Of a stretch of DNA of 30,406 bases, positions 1 through 8,480 are shown piece after piece. The stretch comes from an uncultured Eubacteriales bacterium (GTDB lineage: Bacteria > Bacillota > Clostridia > TANB77 > RGIG9151). How positions within the stretch are numbered: the stretch's first letter is position 1; each line of letters opens with the position of its first letter. The notes under the pieces were generated by a model. It did no database searches. It was not told the origin of the DNA and worked only from the letters and a program-made list of their open reading frames with translations. Both the position numbers and the translations under genes were made by a program. Location of the stretch: the NCBI GenBank assembly GCA_964640345.1, contig CAZXFU010000007.1, forward strand, positions 1-30,406. The letters are read 5' to 3'.

Positions 1-268
1 GAACAGCTTTAGCAAAACGTGCCCCAATAACGCCTCCCAAAACCCCGCCTGCAGTAACAAACCAAAGTGCAGCATAATCTGTAATATTCTTAGCATAAAA
101 AAAGCATGTAATAAAACTTACAGTAACTAAAATAAAAAGTGACGTACCACGCGCCACTTTACTATCTAACTTCATAACAGAAATAAGCCCCGGCAAAATA
201 ATCATCCCGGCACCGCTTCCAAAAAGACCATTTACAAATCCGGCAGCTAAACCCATAACAACACACAT
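1..268 (-). CDS. TSUP/TauE-SafE-like anion exporter membrane protein; only the N-terminal 89 codons are present (gene runs off the left edge)
   Basis: Absent from the ORF track because there is no stop in the window. ATG at 268 is preceded by AGGAGAG. Translation MCVVMGLAAGFVNGLFGSGAGMIILPGLISVMKLDSKVARGTSLFILV... has the glycine-rich TM1 motif typical of TauE/SafE permeases. The frame is open to position 1. Confidence 0.5.
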   Translation of the reverse strand, partial: MCVVMGLAAGFVNGLFGSGAGMIILPGLISVMKLDSKVARGTSLFILVTVSFITCFFYAKNITDYAALWFVTAGGVLGGVIGARFAKAV

Positions 269-279
269 AATTCTCTCCT

Positions 280-390
280 CTAGTTATTAAAAATAGAATA
301 ACCGATAACGCCAACGCCTGTTGCCATAAAAGCTATAATAACAACAATCGCAACTATTCTAAACCATAATTTCCTTTGTGATTCGTTCAT
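280..390 (-). CDS. 36-aa single-TM peptide, hypothetical
   Basis: ATG at 390 follows GGGTGGG. Translation is MNESQRKLWFRIVAIVVIIAFMATGVGVIGYSIFNN. The stop lies 12 nt upstream of the TSUP start, so co-transcription is possible. It is too short to be certain. Confidence 0.3.
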   Translation of the reverse strand: MNESQRKLWFRIVAIVVIIAFMATGVGVIGYSIFNN

Positions 391-483
391 ATTTTCCCAC
401 CCTTTTTTCAATCTATTCATTAAAATAATTCTAACATTTTAAAAAAATACCTTCAAGAGGAAAATTTAACTGCTTCTACTATC

Positions 484-1311
484 TTAAGCCATATAATACG
501 CCTTTAACACATTTTTCATAAGCATAGCAATTGTCATAGGACCAACCCCTCCGGGAACCGGAGTTATAGCGGACGCCTTCTTAGAAACGCCTTCAAAATC
601 CACATCTCCAATAAGCTTGCCATCAACCCTATTTATCCCAACATCAATAACAACAGCATCGCTTTTAACCATATCTTCAGTAACAAACTTCGGCTTTCCA
701 AGTGCAGCAACTAAAATATCCGCCTCTTTGCAAATATCCTTAATGCCTTGAGTCTTAGAATGGCAAACCGTAACCGTCGCATTTTCACGTAACATAAGCT
801 CATAAAGAGGTTTCCCAACAATATTGCTTCTACCGATAATAACAACATGTTTCCCGGAAATAGCAATATTCTCATGCTTCAAAAGTTCAATAATTCCAAG
901 CGGAGTACAAGCCACAAATGCATCATTTCCAACCGCTAAATTACCGCGATTTATAATATTAAACCCGTCAACATCTTTAAGCGGCGAAATAGCATTAAAA
1001 GCTTTCATTTCATCAATATGTGCCGGCACAGGATGTTGAAGCAAAATACCATTTACGCTATCATCTTCATTTAATCTTTCAATCAAATTAAGTAGATCAT
1101 TCTCTGAAACACTGCTGTCTAGCCTGTGCACAAAACTATTAATTCCAAGTTTTTTACAAGTTTTTTCCTTATTAGAAACATAAACCTTAGAAGCCGGATC
1201 ATCTCCCACAAAAATAACTGCAAGTCCCGGTTTTTTCGAAAGCTTTGAAACCTCCAAAGCAATATCGTTCTTTATTTCTTCCGCAATAGCCTTACCATCA
1301 ATCACTACCAT
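484..1311 (-). CDS. folD: Bifunctional methylenetetrahydrofolate dehydrogenase/cyclohydrolase FolD
   Basis: Motifs seen: MVVIDGKAIAEEIK, PGLAVIFVGDDPASKVYV, GILLQHPVP, VVIIGRSNIVGKP, TPVPGGVGPMT. ATG at 1311 has GGGAGG 9 nt upstream. The 28 extra ORF-track codons overlap the uppP 3' end. Confidence 0.9.
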   Translation of the reverse strand: MVVIDGKAIAEEIKNDIALEVSKLSKKPGLAVIFVGDDPASKVYVSNKEKTCKKLGINSFVHRLDSSVSENDLLNLIERLNEDDSVNGILLQHPVPAHIDEMKAFNAISPLKDVDGFNIINRGNLAVGNDAFVACTPLGIIELLKHENIAISGKHVVIIGRSNIVGKPLYELMLRENATVTVCHSKTQGIKDICKEADILVAALGKPKFVTEDMVKSDAVVIDVGINRVDGKLIGDVDFEGVSKKASAITPVPGGVGPMTIAMLMKNVLKAYYMA

Positions 1312-1336
1312 CCCCACATACCTCCCAAGAAATAAA

Positions 1337-2152
1337 TTACAACCTAATAATATACGTAATAACCAAAATAGCAGCAATAACCAATCTATACACAACGAAA
1401 ATGTTGAAATTGCTCTTCTCCAAATACTTCATCAAAAACTTTATACTAAGAAAACCAACAACCATAGCAGTAAGCACCCCCACAATAAACGGAACACTAA
1501 AAATATCACTCATAACAAGCTCACTGCCCTTAAAAATGAATTGATAAACAGCCGCACCGCCAATTATCGGAGTAGAAAGTAAAAATGAAAACTTAGCAGC
1601 AGCTTCTCTCTTTATACCAAGAGCCCTAGCCATTGTCATAGTAACACCAGAACGTGAAGTACCCGGAATAATAGCAAACGCCTGGCTTAAGCCAATAAAA
1701 AAAGTCTGCAAAAATGACATATGTTCATAATCTGTATTCTCTTTGCCATATTTATCAGCAAAAAACAACAAAATACCCATAATAGAAAGTGAACAAGCCA
1801 AAACAATCGGCATATACTGGCCTCTAAAAAAACTCTCCGCAAAATCATCTAAAAGAGCCCCCGCTAAAACACCGGGAATAGTCGCAACAACAAGATACCA
1901 AAACATCTTTCCTTCAAACGTCTTAAAACCCTTTGTAAAACCATCTCTTATTAAAACAAACCAATCCTTCCAGAAAAAAGCCAAAACAGCAATCAAAGTA
2001 CCAACATGAAGTGCAATATCAAAACTCAACGAATTCTCATATTGCCAATTAAAAAGCCAAGGAATAAACAATAAATGTCCTGAACTCGAAATCGGTAAAA
2101 ACTCTCCAATCCCCTGAACAATCCCCAAAATAATAGCATTAAAAGTCGTCAT
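1337..2152 (-). CDS. uppP: Undecaprenyl-diphosphate phosphatase (BacA/UppP)
   Basis: Contains the GEFLPISSSGHL and PGTSRSG signature motifs. It is a polytopic membrane protein of 271 aa. AAGGAG lies 9 nt before the ATG. Confidence 0.9.
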   Translation of the reverse strand: MTTFNAIILGIVQGIGEFLPISSSGHLLFIPWLFNWQYENSLSFDIALHVGTLIAVLAFFWKDWFVLIRDGFTKGFKTFEGKMFWYLVVATIPGVLAGALLDDFAESFFRGQYMPIVLACSLSIMGILLFFADKYGKENTDYEHMSFLQTFFIGLSQAFAIIPGTSRSGVTMTMARALGIKREAAAKFSFLLSTPIIGGAAVYQFIFKGSELVMSDIFSVPFIVGVLTAMVVGFLSIKFLMKYLEKSNFNIFVVYRLVIAAILVITYIIRL

Positions 2153-2188
2153 TTCAAAAACTCCTTTTCCTCAATTTTCACAGTCATT

Positions 2189-2217
2189 ATATTAACATTT
2201 AAGCACATAAATTACAA
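2189..2217 (-). promoter_or_regulatory. Putative sigma-A promoter for uppP-folD
   Basis: On the minus strand: TTGTAA, 17 nt spacer, TAATAT with a TGn extension, upstream of the uppP RBS. Confidence 0.35.
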
Positions 2218-2250
2218 CAATTAATGTCGATAAAATTTTGCAAAAATCCC

Positions 2251-2279
2251 TTGTAACTTCTAAAAAATTTTTGTAGAAT
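2251..2279 (+). promoter_or_regulatory. Putative sigma-A promoter for the WG-repeat gene
   Basis: TTGTAA (2251-2256), 17 nt spacer, TAGAAT (2274-2279), 35 nt before the ATG at 2314. Confidence 0.4.
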
Positions 2280-2313
2280 ATTTGGGTAGCATAAACTGAA
2301 AGGTGGGAATTTT

Positions 2314-3210
2314 ATGTCAGTTGTTTCGCCGGAACAATTTGCAATGTTAAAATTTGCAAACAAAGACTTTAAAAACATACAGAAACACTACAAAAAGTTT
2401 CATGATATAAATTCAAACAAATATCTTGCCGTATACAAACAAGGACTGTACGGTATTTTAGATGTCGAAACAGAAAAACTGTTAGTTCCACATAAATACC
2501 AAAAAATATGTGACTTTACAGAAGGGTTTGCGTGGGTAAAAGCAAAAAACAAATGGGGGTTTATAAATGCCAGCCTTGTTGAAATCGTTCCGCCAAAATA
2601 CATAGATGCGTTTGGTTTAGACAACGGGAACTTCCAACTCGGAGTAATCCACTGTGTAGGAAAACCTCAAATATCAAACGACTTACTTTCCCTAACAAAC
2701 TGGTATAAAGAAAACAGAAAAAAAAATCCACCTGTTTTATATAACAGAATCCAAGGCTTCAGCGAAGGATTAATGCCTGTAAAACTAAGAAAAAAATGGG
2801 GCTTCATAAACACAGAAGGCAATATAGTAATAAAGCCAAGATTTGAATATGTAAAACCATTTTCTTACGGTACATCTGCAGTATGCCTTAACGGAAAATG
2901 GGGATACATAAACAGCTTAGGTAACTTCGTAATAAAACCGCAGTACGCTGACTGCACCTCATTCATGAAGCACTCACAAGCACTTGCGAAAATAAACTTA
3001 AAACGTCCTTCTCACAACGCGATACTCGCATATTTATACAATATGTTCAAAAAGGTATATGTACCGACAAACATAGATGCACCTTTTGCACAGGTAGAAA
3101 TACCATCTGAAGATGTCGGAAAAATAAAAGTTGCCTGTATAGATGCTACAGGATATAAAGTAAGAAGAAGTTCAAAAAAGGACATAGAAGTTCACTCCGA
3201 AATTTATTAA
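2314..3210 (+). CDS. WG-repeat (KWG) containing protein with no signal peptide
   Basis: Repeated modules of the form f.eGla.Vk...KWGFIN..G..vI.P.y are seen (KNKWGFINASL, RKKWGFINTEGNIVIKPRF, NGKWGYINSLGNFVIKPQY). It is the only protein-coding gene on the plus strand before 28 kb. Confidence 0.75.
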   Translation: MSVVSPEQFAMLKFANKDFKNIQKHYKKFHDINSNKYLAVYKQGLYGILDVETEKLLVPHKYQKICDFTEGFAWVKAKNKWGFINASLVEIVPPKYIDAFGLDNGNFQLGVIHCVGKPQISNDLLSLTNWYKENRKKNPPVLYNRIQGFSEGLMPVKLRKKWGFINTEGNIVIKPRFEYVKPFSYGTSAVCLNGKWGYINSLGNFVIKPQYADCTSFMKHSQALAKINLKRPSHNAILAYLYNMFKKVYVPTNIDAPFAQVEIPSEDVGKIKVACIDATGYKVRRSSKKDIEVHSEIY

Positions 3211-3295
3211 ATTCAGAGCAAAAAGTAAGTCATAACGGTAAAAAATAGTAAACGTCTCTTTTTACCGTTATGACTTACTTTTTGCTCTGAATTTA
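3208..3295. terminator. 37-bp perfect inverted repeat with a 14-nt loop, filling the convergent gap; probable bidirectional terminator or structured element
   Basis: Left arm 3208-3244 is the exact reverse complement of right arm 3259-3295 (core attcagagcaaaaagtaagtcataacggtaaaaa / tttttaccgttatgacttactttttgctctgaat). It spans from the WG-gene TAA to 4 nt before the CBS-gene stop. Confidence 0.6.
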
Positions 3296-3298
3296 CCC

Positions 3299-3739
3299 CT
3301 AGTCTTCCCAGTCGTCTAACTTCCTGTCCTCACAAATATCGCATAAACACTGTGAAACCTCCACATCAAAATCACAATCAAGTGCAATATCTCCAAGCGA
3401 AACAAGTCCAACTAACTTCTCATTATCCACAATAGGAAGCCTCCTAACCTGCCAATCTGACATAATCTCACAAGCCTCGTCCAAAGACATATCCGGTCTC
3501 CCCGTCTTGATCCCGGAAGTCATAATATCCTTAACCATAGTAGTTTCAGGATCTTTTCCCTCGGCAATGTTTCTAATAACAATATCCCTATCCGTAACTA
3601 GTCCAAGTAAAACCTGATTATCATTGCAAACAGGCACCACTCCAATATCATACTTTTGCATAATCTCAGCAGTCTTTTTAAGATCCGTATTAGGCGTAAC
3701 CCACTTTAAATTTGTGTTCATAATCTCTTTAACCTTCAT
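3299..3739 (-). CDS. CBS domain pair protein
   Basis: Two CBS motifs are present (VKEIMNTNLKWVTP...VVPVCNDNQVLLGLVTDRDIV; VKDIMTSGIKTG...RRLPIVDNEKLVGLVSLGDIA). The ORF opens at 3748, but the ATG at 3739 has better spacing from AAAGGA. Confidence 0.8.
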   Translation of the reverse strand: MKVKEIMNTNLKWVTPNTDLKKTAEIMQKYDIGVVPVCNDNQVLLGLVTDRDIVIRNIAEGKDPETTMVKDIMTSGIKTGRPDMSLDEACEIMSDWQVRRLPIVDNEKLVGLVSLGDIALDCDFDVEVSQCLCDICEDRKLDDWED

Positions 3740-3759
3740 ATCTTTCATTCCTTTCTAAC

Positions 3760-3796
3760 AAAAATAGACAAACTACATATCATTAAGTAGTTTGCC
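3760..3796 (-). terminator. Putative intrinsic terminator after the DUF5131 gene
   Basis: On the minus strand: ggcaaactac-loop-gtagtttgtc stem followed by tattttt. Confidence 0.4.
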
Positions 3797-3822
3797 TATT
3801 TCTCTGTCAATTATTCAAAAAA

Positions 3823-4545
3823 TTATTTGCGTTTATAATCAATACCTGCCTTTGTAGCCTGAGAATGTTGGTATTTCCTCGAAATTTCGTAAAATTTTCC
3901 ATCTTTTATAAATCTCGCACCTGTCTGCTTAAAATGAAACGAAACATTTTTCCGCATGCATTGACTACGTATATCTAAAACCCAATCATAATCACAAACT
4001 CTAGAATCTTCGCCGGACTCACCACCGGCAATAACTTCTTCAATCGCATCATCTAAATATCCACTCAAATCGATCCCCTCAAGCAGGGGTTCACAAATTA
4101 TAACCTTATGTTTTATCGGAAGCCCCTTGTAAATCGGAAGCCTCTCATCTGCACGTCTCTGATTCTCACAAGTACAACATATAGTAACATTGTCCCAGCC
4201 GTCTCCCCAATCATCCGGCAAACTGACATAAAATCTCTCAATCCGCTTTGTAATAAACAAAAATTGCAAATCACTTCTCTCACGGATCATGTTCCAAGCC
4301 TCTTTTCGCCACTCATCAGCCTCTTCAAGGAAAAAATCCGATGTAAAACAAGTATATACAATCTCTCCACTCTTAACCCTGTACTCGCCCTTTCTATTCT
4401 TAGACACAGGCAAATCAAAAGCCTTATTTTTCTTAACCACACTACTATCTATATCGTACTTGGCATCATGCCTGTACACATAGCAGTGCATACAACCCTC
4501 ACTCTTTTTAGTACAACCGTGCCATAAATTCCACTCAACAGACAT
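3823..4545 (-). CDS. DUF5131 (phage Gp37/Gp68) family protein
   Basis: The N-terminus VEWNLWHGCTKKSEGCMHCY matches the characteristic W-N-P-x-x-GC-x-x-x-S-x-GC-x-x-CY opening of this family. The start abuts the stop of the upstream membrane-protein gene. Confidence 0.7.
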   Translation of the reverse strand: MSVEWNLWHGCTKKSEGCMHCYVYRHDAKYDIDSSVVKKNKAFDLPVSKNRKGEYRVKSGEIVYTCFTSDFFLEEADEWRKEAWNMIRERSDLQFLFITKRIERFYVSLPDDWGDGWDNVTICCTCENQRRADERLPIYKGLPIKHKVIICEPLLEGIDLSGYLDDAIEEVIAGGESGEDSRVCDYDWVLDIRSQCMRKNVSFHFKQTGARFIKDGKFYEISRKYQHSQATKAGIDYKRK

Positions 4546-4887
4546 CTAGCCCACCATTTTCTTCTTTAACAAATCGTATTGAACATACATCCTTTGAAGT
4601 GAGTTTTCAAGAAAATAATAATGAAAAACATATGGAACCAAAAGGACAGTAAACAAAAATACAAGTAATGCTGCAAAACAGTCAACAGTAAAAAAATAAA
4701 CCACAAGCATAACAATATCTAAAACCGCAAACAGCATAGTCGCACAAAAATGAAGCCAACGCTCATGTTGAAAAAAACCGATTTTTGTCATATGCTCATC
4801 CATAACTTCATTAATCTCATTAACGGAATGCTCCTCATCTAAAAAACTATCAACACGTTTAACATGCTCACTATATAAATTTGCCAT
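4546..4887 (-). CDS. Hypothetical membrane protein (about 2-3 TM, 113 aa)
   Basis: ATG is preceded by GAGGGGGA. It has an acidic soluble N-terminus followed by hydrophobic helices (LHFCATMLFAVLDIVMLVVYFFTV..LLVFLFTVLLVPYVF). I recognise no family. Confidence 0.5.
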   Translation of the reverse strand: MANLYSEHVKRVDSFLDEEHSVNEINEVMDEHMTKIGFFQHERWLHFCATMLFAVLDIVMLVVYFFTVDCFAALLVFLFTVLLVPYVFHYYFLENSLQRMYVQYDLLKKKMVG

Positions 4888-4920
4888 TTCCGATCCCCCT
4901 CGTCAAAAACTTTATGAAAA

Positions 4921-5352
4921 TCACATAATCATGACAACATATCCAACAATAATACCATACAAAGCACCTATAAAAACCTGTATAGGTGTATGACCTAAAA
5001 GCTCCTTCAACTTCTCATTTGTATCAACTTTAACCTGCTTAGAATTAATAAGCTGATTTAAAATCTTAGCCTGTTTCCCGGCAGCAAGCCTGACACCGGC
5101 AGCATCATACATAACAATAAAAGAAAAAACAAACGAAACTGCAAAAAGCGGAGAACTAAGCCCTTCAGCCAAACCAATAGCCGTCATTAGCGACGCAACA
5201 ACAGCTGAATGAGAACTTGGCATTCCGCCAGTCTCAACAAATCGCTTAAAATTTATTCTCTTATTAACCACAGCATCCGACAAAAGCTTAAAAATTTGCA
5301 CAGTAAACCACGTAACAGTCGGAATTATCAAAAACTTATACTGCCACAACAT
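4921..5352 (-). CDS. Divergent PAP2 (DUF212, acid phosphatase/vanadium-haloperoxidase-related) membrane protein
   Basis: Contains GGMPSSHSA, IVMYDAAGVR and LGHTPIQV, the hallmark motifs of this family. Confidence 0.75.
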   Translation of the reverse strand: MLWQYKFLIIPTVTWFTVQIFKLLSDAVVNKRINFKRFVETGGMPSSHSAVVASLMTAIGLAEGLSSPLFAVSFVFSFIVMYDAAGVRLAAGKQAKILNQLINSKQVKVDTNEKLKELLGHTPIQVFIGALYGIIVGYVVMIM

Positions 5353-5364
5353 AAAAATCTCCCC

Positions 5365-6246
5365 TTAATTATCTCTATCCTTAATAAAAATTGCAAGCTC
5401 CTTCAAAAACGTAACATCTTTATCGGAAATACTCCCCAAAACATTTATAGCTTTTTCAGTCAACTCATCTAACCATTTCTCTGCTTTTTCAACACCAAGT
5501 ACGGTAACAAAAGTCCTTTTACCACTCACACTATCATGTCCGACAGGCTTCCCTAAAACCTTTTCATCTCCGATTTCAGACAAAATATCATCCTTAATTT
5601 GAAACGTAAGACCAATCAAATCAGCATACTCTCCCAAAACTTCAATATACTTATCATCCGCACCAGCCAAAACAGCTCCTATAAGTAAAGAAGCCTTAAT
5701 AAGAGCTCCTGTCTTATTCTTATGCATATACATAAGCTCATCAAATGAAATCTCTTTCCCCTCTAAATCCGTATCAACAAACTCGCCCTTTATCATGTCA
5801 AACACATTACTTGAAAAAATTCTAAAAGACTTTACCTTGTTAATAAGATTTTCATCATCTAGCATATCGTCCGAAATCACTTTATACGCAAAATCCAGCA
5901 ACCCGTCTCCTGCTAAAATTGCAGTACATTCGCCAAACACCTTGTGATTCGTAGGTTTCCCACGCCTAAAATCATCATTATCTATAGCCGGCAAATCATC
6001 ATGAATCAAAGAAAAGGTATGAACCATTTCCATAGCACAAGCAAACCTAATCGCTTTCTCATAATCATCCTTAAAAATCCTGTATCCCTCTAAAACAAGA
6101 GCAGGTCTAATACGCTTTCCACCAGCCGTCAAACTGTATTTCATAGCCTCTTTCAATTTGCATTCAGGAGAATCATCAACACAAAGTAGCTTATCCAAAG
6201 TATCATTAATCAAACCACAGTACTCATTAAGTCTCTCTTTTAGCAT
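5365..6246 (-). CDS. ispA: Polyprenyl (farnesyl/geranylgeranyl) diphosphate synthase
   Basis: First aspartate-rich motif LIHDDLPAIDNDDFRRGKPT and second FQIKDDILS. It sits in the conserved xseA-xseB-ispA order. Confidence 0.85.
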   Translation of the reverse strand: MLKERLNEYCGLINDTLDKLLCVDDSPECKLKEAMKYSLTAGGKRIRPALVLEGYRIFKDDYEKAIRFACAMEMVHTFSLIHDDLPAIDNDDFRRGKPTNHKVFGECTAILAGDGLLDFAYKVISDDMLDDENLINKVKSFRIFSSNVFDMIKGEFVDTDLEGKEISFDELMYMHKNKTGALIKASLLIGAVLAGADDKYIEVLGEYADLIGLTFQIKDDILSEIGDEKVLGKPVGHDSVSGKRTFVTVLGVEKAEKWLDELTEKAINVLGSISDKDVTFLKELAIFIKDRDN

Positions 6247-6260
6247 AAAATACCGCCTCT

Positions 6261-6470
6261 CTAAAGTTCTTCTTCAACAAGCTCACCATTCTTTTCCAAA
6301 ACCATAGTAATCTTCTTCTCAGCCTTCTCTAAAATCTCGCCACAATCACGTGCAAGCTTCATGCCACTCTCAAACATCTTCATACTCTCATCTAACGTCA
6401 TATTTCCATCCTCTAAATCACTAACAATCTTCTCTAACTCCTCAATAGAAGCCTCAAAAGTCTTTTCCAT
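6261..6470 (-). CDS. xseB: Exodeoxyribonuclease VII small subunit
   Basis: A 69-aa helical protein with FEASIEELEKIVSDLEDGNMTLDESMKMFESGMKLARDC. It lies immediately downstream of xseA (2-nt gap). Confidence 0.9.
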   Translation of the reverse strand: MEKTFEASIEELEKIVSDLEDGNMTLDESMKMFESGMKLARDCGEILEKAEKKITMVLEKNGELVEEEL

Positions 6471-6472
6471 AA

Positions 6473-7660
6473 CTACTCCTTTCTAATAGCAACAATTTCC
6501 CCATCACTTAACTTAAGAGAAAAACTATCATCAACATCAATATCCAAAACACTCCTTATAACCGTCCCATCCTTAACTGCGACTGCATATCCCCTTGTCA
6601 AGGTCTTAAGCGGACTTAAAGCATCTAACTTATTAACTGTCTTCAAAAACTCATGCTTTTTTAACGTAATAATCTTATCTTTTTCACTATTTAAGTTCTT
6701 TACATCAACATCTAAACGCAATCTAAGTTTATTAACAAGTTCCATAGGTCGTTTAAAACAATACGATTCGCCAAGAGTCCTAAGATGTTTCTTCTTATTT
6801 TCCAAATTAGCCGCAAGAGCAAATCTAAGTCTTTTTTCAAAATTAAGTAACTTGTACTGCAATTCATCAAGCCTAGGAAAAACCACCTCAGCAGCAGCAG
6901 ACGGCGTAGGAGCTCTAAGATCAGAAACGAAATCGCAAATAGTAAAATCCGTCTCATGGCCGACAGCAGAAACAACAGGAATTTTAGAATCTGCAATAGC
7001 ATACGCCAGCTCCTCACTGTTAAAATTCCATAAATCCTCAATACTTCCTCCACCTCTGCCAATAATAATAACATCGGCAAGATTTCTCTCGTTTATCAAC
7101 TTAAGCTGAGAAACAAGTTCCAAATAAGCTCCCTCTCCCTGGACAGGAGCCGGAAATAACTTGATATTAGCTTTAGGAAAACGCCTTAGCGAAACATTAA
7201 TAATATCACGAATAACAGCACCGGTCGGAGATGTAACAACCGCAACAGTTCTAGGTAAAAGCGGTAACTTCTTCTTACGCTCTGACGAAAAAAGTCCTTC
7301 TTTCTCTAGCTTTTCCTTTAGCTTCTCATATTGAACATACAAATCGCCAACGCCGTCAACCTGCATAAAATCGCAGTACAATTGATATTGACCATCTCGC
7401 TCATATGCAGAAATATAACCGGAAATAACAACCTTCATACCATCTTCCGGTCTAAACTTAAGACCGAGAACCTGCCCCTTAAACATAACACACTTGATAG
7501 TTGCCCCTTCATCTTTTAAAGAAAAATACAAGTGCCCGGAAGAATGATTTTTAAAATTAGAAATTTCACCCTTTACCATAACATTAGAAAGGATGAAATC
7601 ATTATCCAAAAGCTTCTTTATATATTTATTTATCTGTGTAACCGTATATGTATTGTTAAT
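6473..7660 (-). CDS. xseA: Exodeoxyribonuclease VII large subunit (5' end uncertain, probably a non-canonical ATT start)
   Basis: Contains the OB-fold N-terminus (GEISNFKNHSSGHLYFSLKD) and catalytic core (IIGRGGGSIEDLWNFN). The track ORF starts at a TTG (7609). The frame stays open upstream to 7675 and encodes the conserved TVTQINKYIKKLL segment, with no ATG/GTG/TTG there. ATT at 7658-7660 lies 6 nt after GGGGG. Confidence 0.8.
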   Translation of the reverse strand: MNNTYTVTQINKYIKKLLDNDFILSNVMVKGEISNFKNHSSGHLYFSLKDEGATIKCVMFKGQVLGLKFRPEDGMKVVISGYISAYERDGQYQLYCDFMQVDGVGDLYVQYEKLKEKLEKEGLFSSERKKKLPLLPRTVAVVTSPTGAVIRDIINVSLRRFPKANIKLFPAPVQGEGAYLELVSQLKLINERNLADVIIIGRGGGSIEDLWNFNSEELAYAIADSKIPVVSAVGHETDFTICDFVSDLRAPTPSAAAEVVFPRLDELQYKLLNFEKRLRFALAANLENKKKHLRTLGESYCFKRPMELVNKLRLRLDVDVKNLNSEKDKIITLKKHEFLKTVNKLDALSPLKTLTRGYAVAVKDGTVIRSVLDIDVDDSFSLKLSDGEIVAIRKE

Positions 7661-7675
7661 ACTAATCCCCCACTT

Positions 7676-8065
7676 TTAATCAATTTGACCAAGTAAGCCG
7701 TTAATGAACCTTGCCGAATCATCGCTTCCATATTTCTTTGCAAGCTCAACAGCCTCGTTAATACTAACACCGACAGGGATGTCGTCTCTATGTTTCATTT
7801 CATAAATAGCAACCCTTAAAATAGGCAAATCCATCTTAGCAATTCTGTCTATAGTCCAACTTTTTACCTTAGACTCAATTAACTCGTCAATCTCTTTTAA
7901 TGAATTTAAAACACCATTTATAACTTCAAGAAAATAATCCTTATCATAACTTGCCTCTCCATAAGAAACCAAAAAGTCCTCAACCTGCTCTTTAATATTC
8001 TCTCTTTGGAACTCTACTTGAAACAAAAAGCAAACTGCCATCCCTCTAGCTAATTTTCTGCTCAC
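7676..8065 (-). CDS. nusB: Transcription antitermination factor NusB
   Basis: SRKLARGMAVCFLFQ and DRIAKMDLPILRVAIYEM are typical of NusB. GTG at 8065 lies 8 nt after GGGGG. The alternative TTG at 8080 directly abuts the asp23 stop. Confidence 0.85.
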   Translation of the reverse strand: MSRKLARGMAVCFLFQVEFQRENIKEQVEDFLVSYGEASYDKDYFLEVINGVLNSLKEIDELIESKVKSWTIDRIAKMDLPILRVAIYEMKHRDDIPVGVSINEAVELAKKYGSDDSARFINGLLGQID

Positions 8066-8080
8066 TGAAAAAACCCCCAA

Positions 8081-8425
8081 CTAAACATTTTTCTTTTTAA
8101 AATTAATCCCCTGAATATGAACATTAACAGCAGTAACAGTCATACCAACCATATCTTCAATAGTCTTTTTAACCTTATCTTGCACATCCCACGCAATATC
8201 CGGGATCTTAACACCATATTCTACAATTAAATATATATCAATAGAAATAGACTTCTCAGATATATCAACCTTTATGCCCTTAACACGTTTAGAACCAAGC
8301 ATATTAGTAATACCATCAATAATACCACCATTAATATCGTAAATTCCAGGTATAGCCATAACAGTTTTTTCAACGATTGTAGAAATAACTTCCTCAGAAA
8401 TAGTCATGTTAATATTATTTTCCAT
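8081..8425 (-). CDS. Asp23/Gls24 family envelope stress protein
   Basis: ISEEVISTIVEKTVMAIPGI...VDIYLIVEYGVKIPDIAWDVQDKVKKTIEDMVGMTV is the Asp23 pattern. ATG at 8425 follows GGAGG. The predicted promoter lies inside the longer track ORF. Confidence 0.85.
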   Translation of the reverse strand: MENNINMTISEEVISTIVEKTVMAIPGIYDINGGIIDGITNMLGSKRVKGIKVDISEKSISIDIYLIVEYGVKIPDIAWDVQDKVKKTIEDMVGMTVTAVNVHIQGINFKKKNV

Positions 8426-8451
8426 AGTAGTACCTCCATAAAACATAATAT

Positions 8452-8480
8452 ATTCTACCATGTTTTTATATACATTTCAA
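8452..8480 (-). promoter_or_regulatory. Putative sigma-A promoter of the asp23-nusB-xseAB-ispA operon
   Basis: On the minus strand: TTGAAA (8480-8475), 17 nt spacer, TAGAAT (8457-8452) with a TGn extension. Confidence 0.5.
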
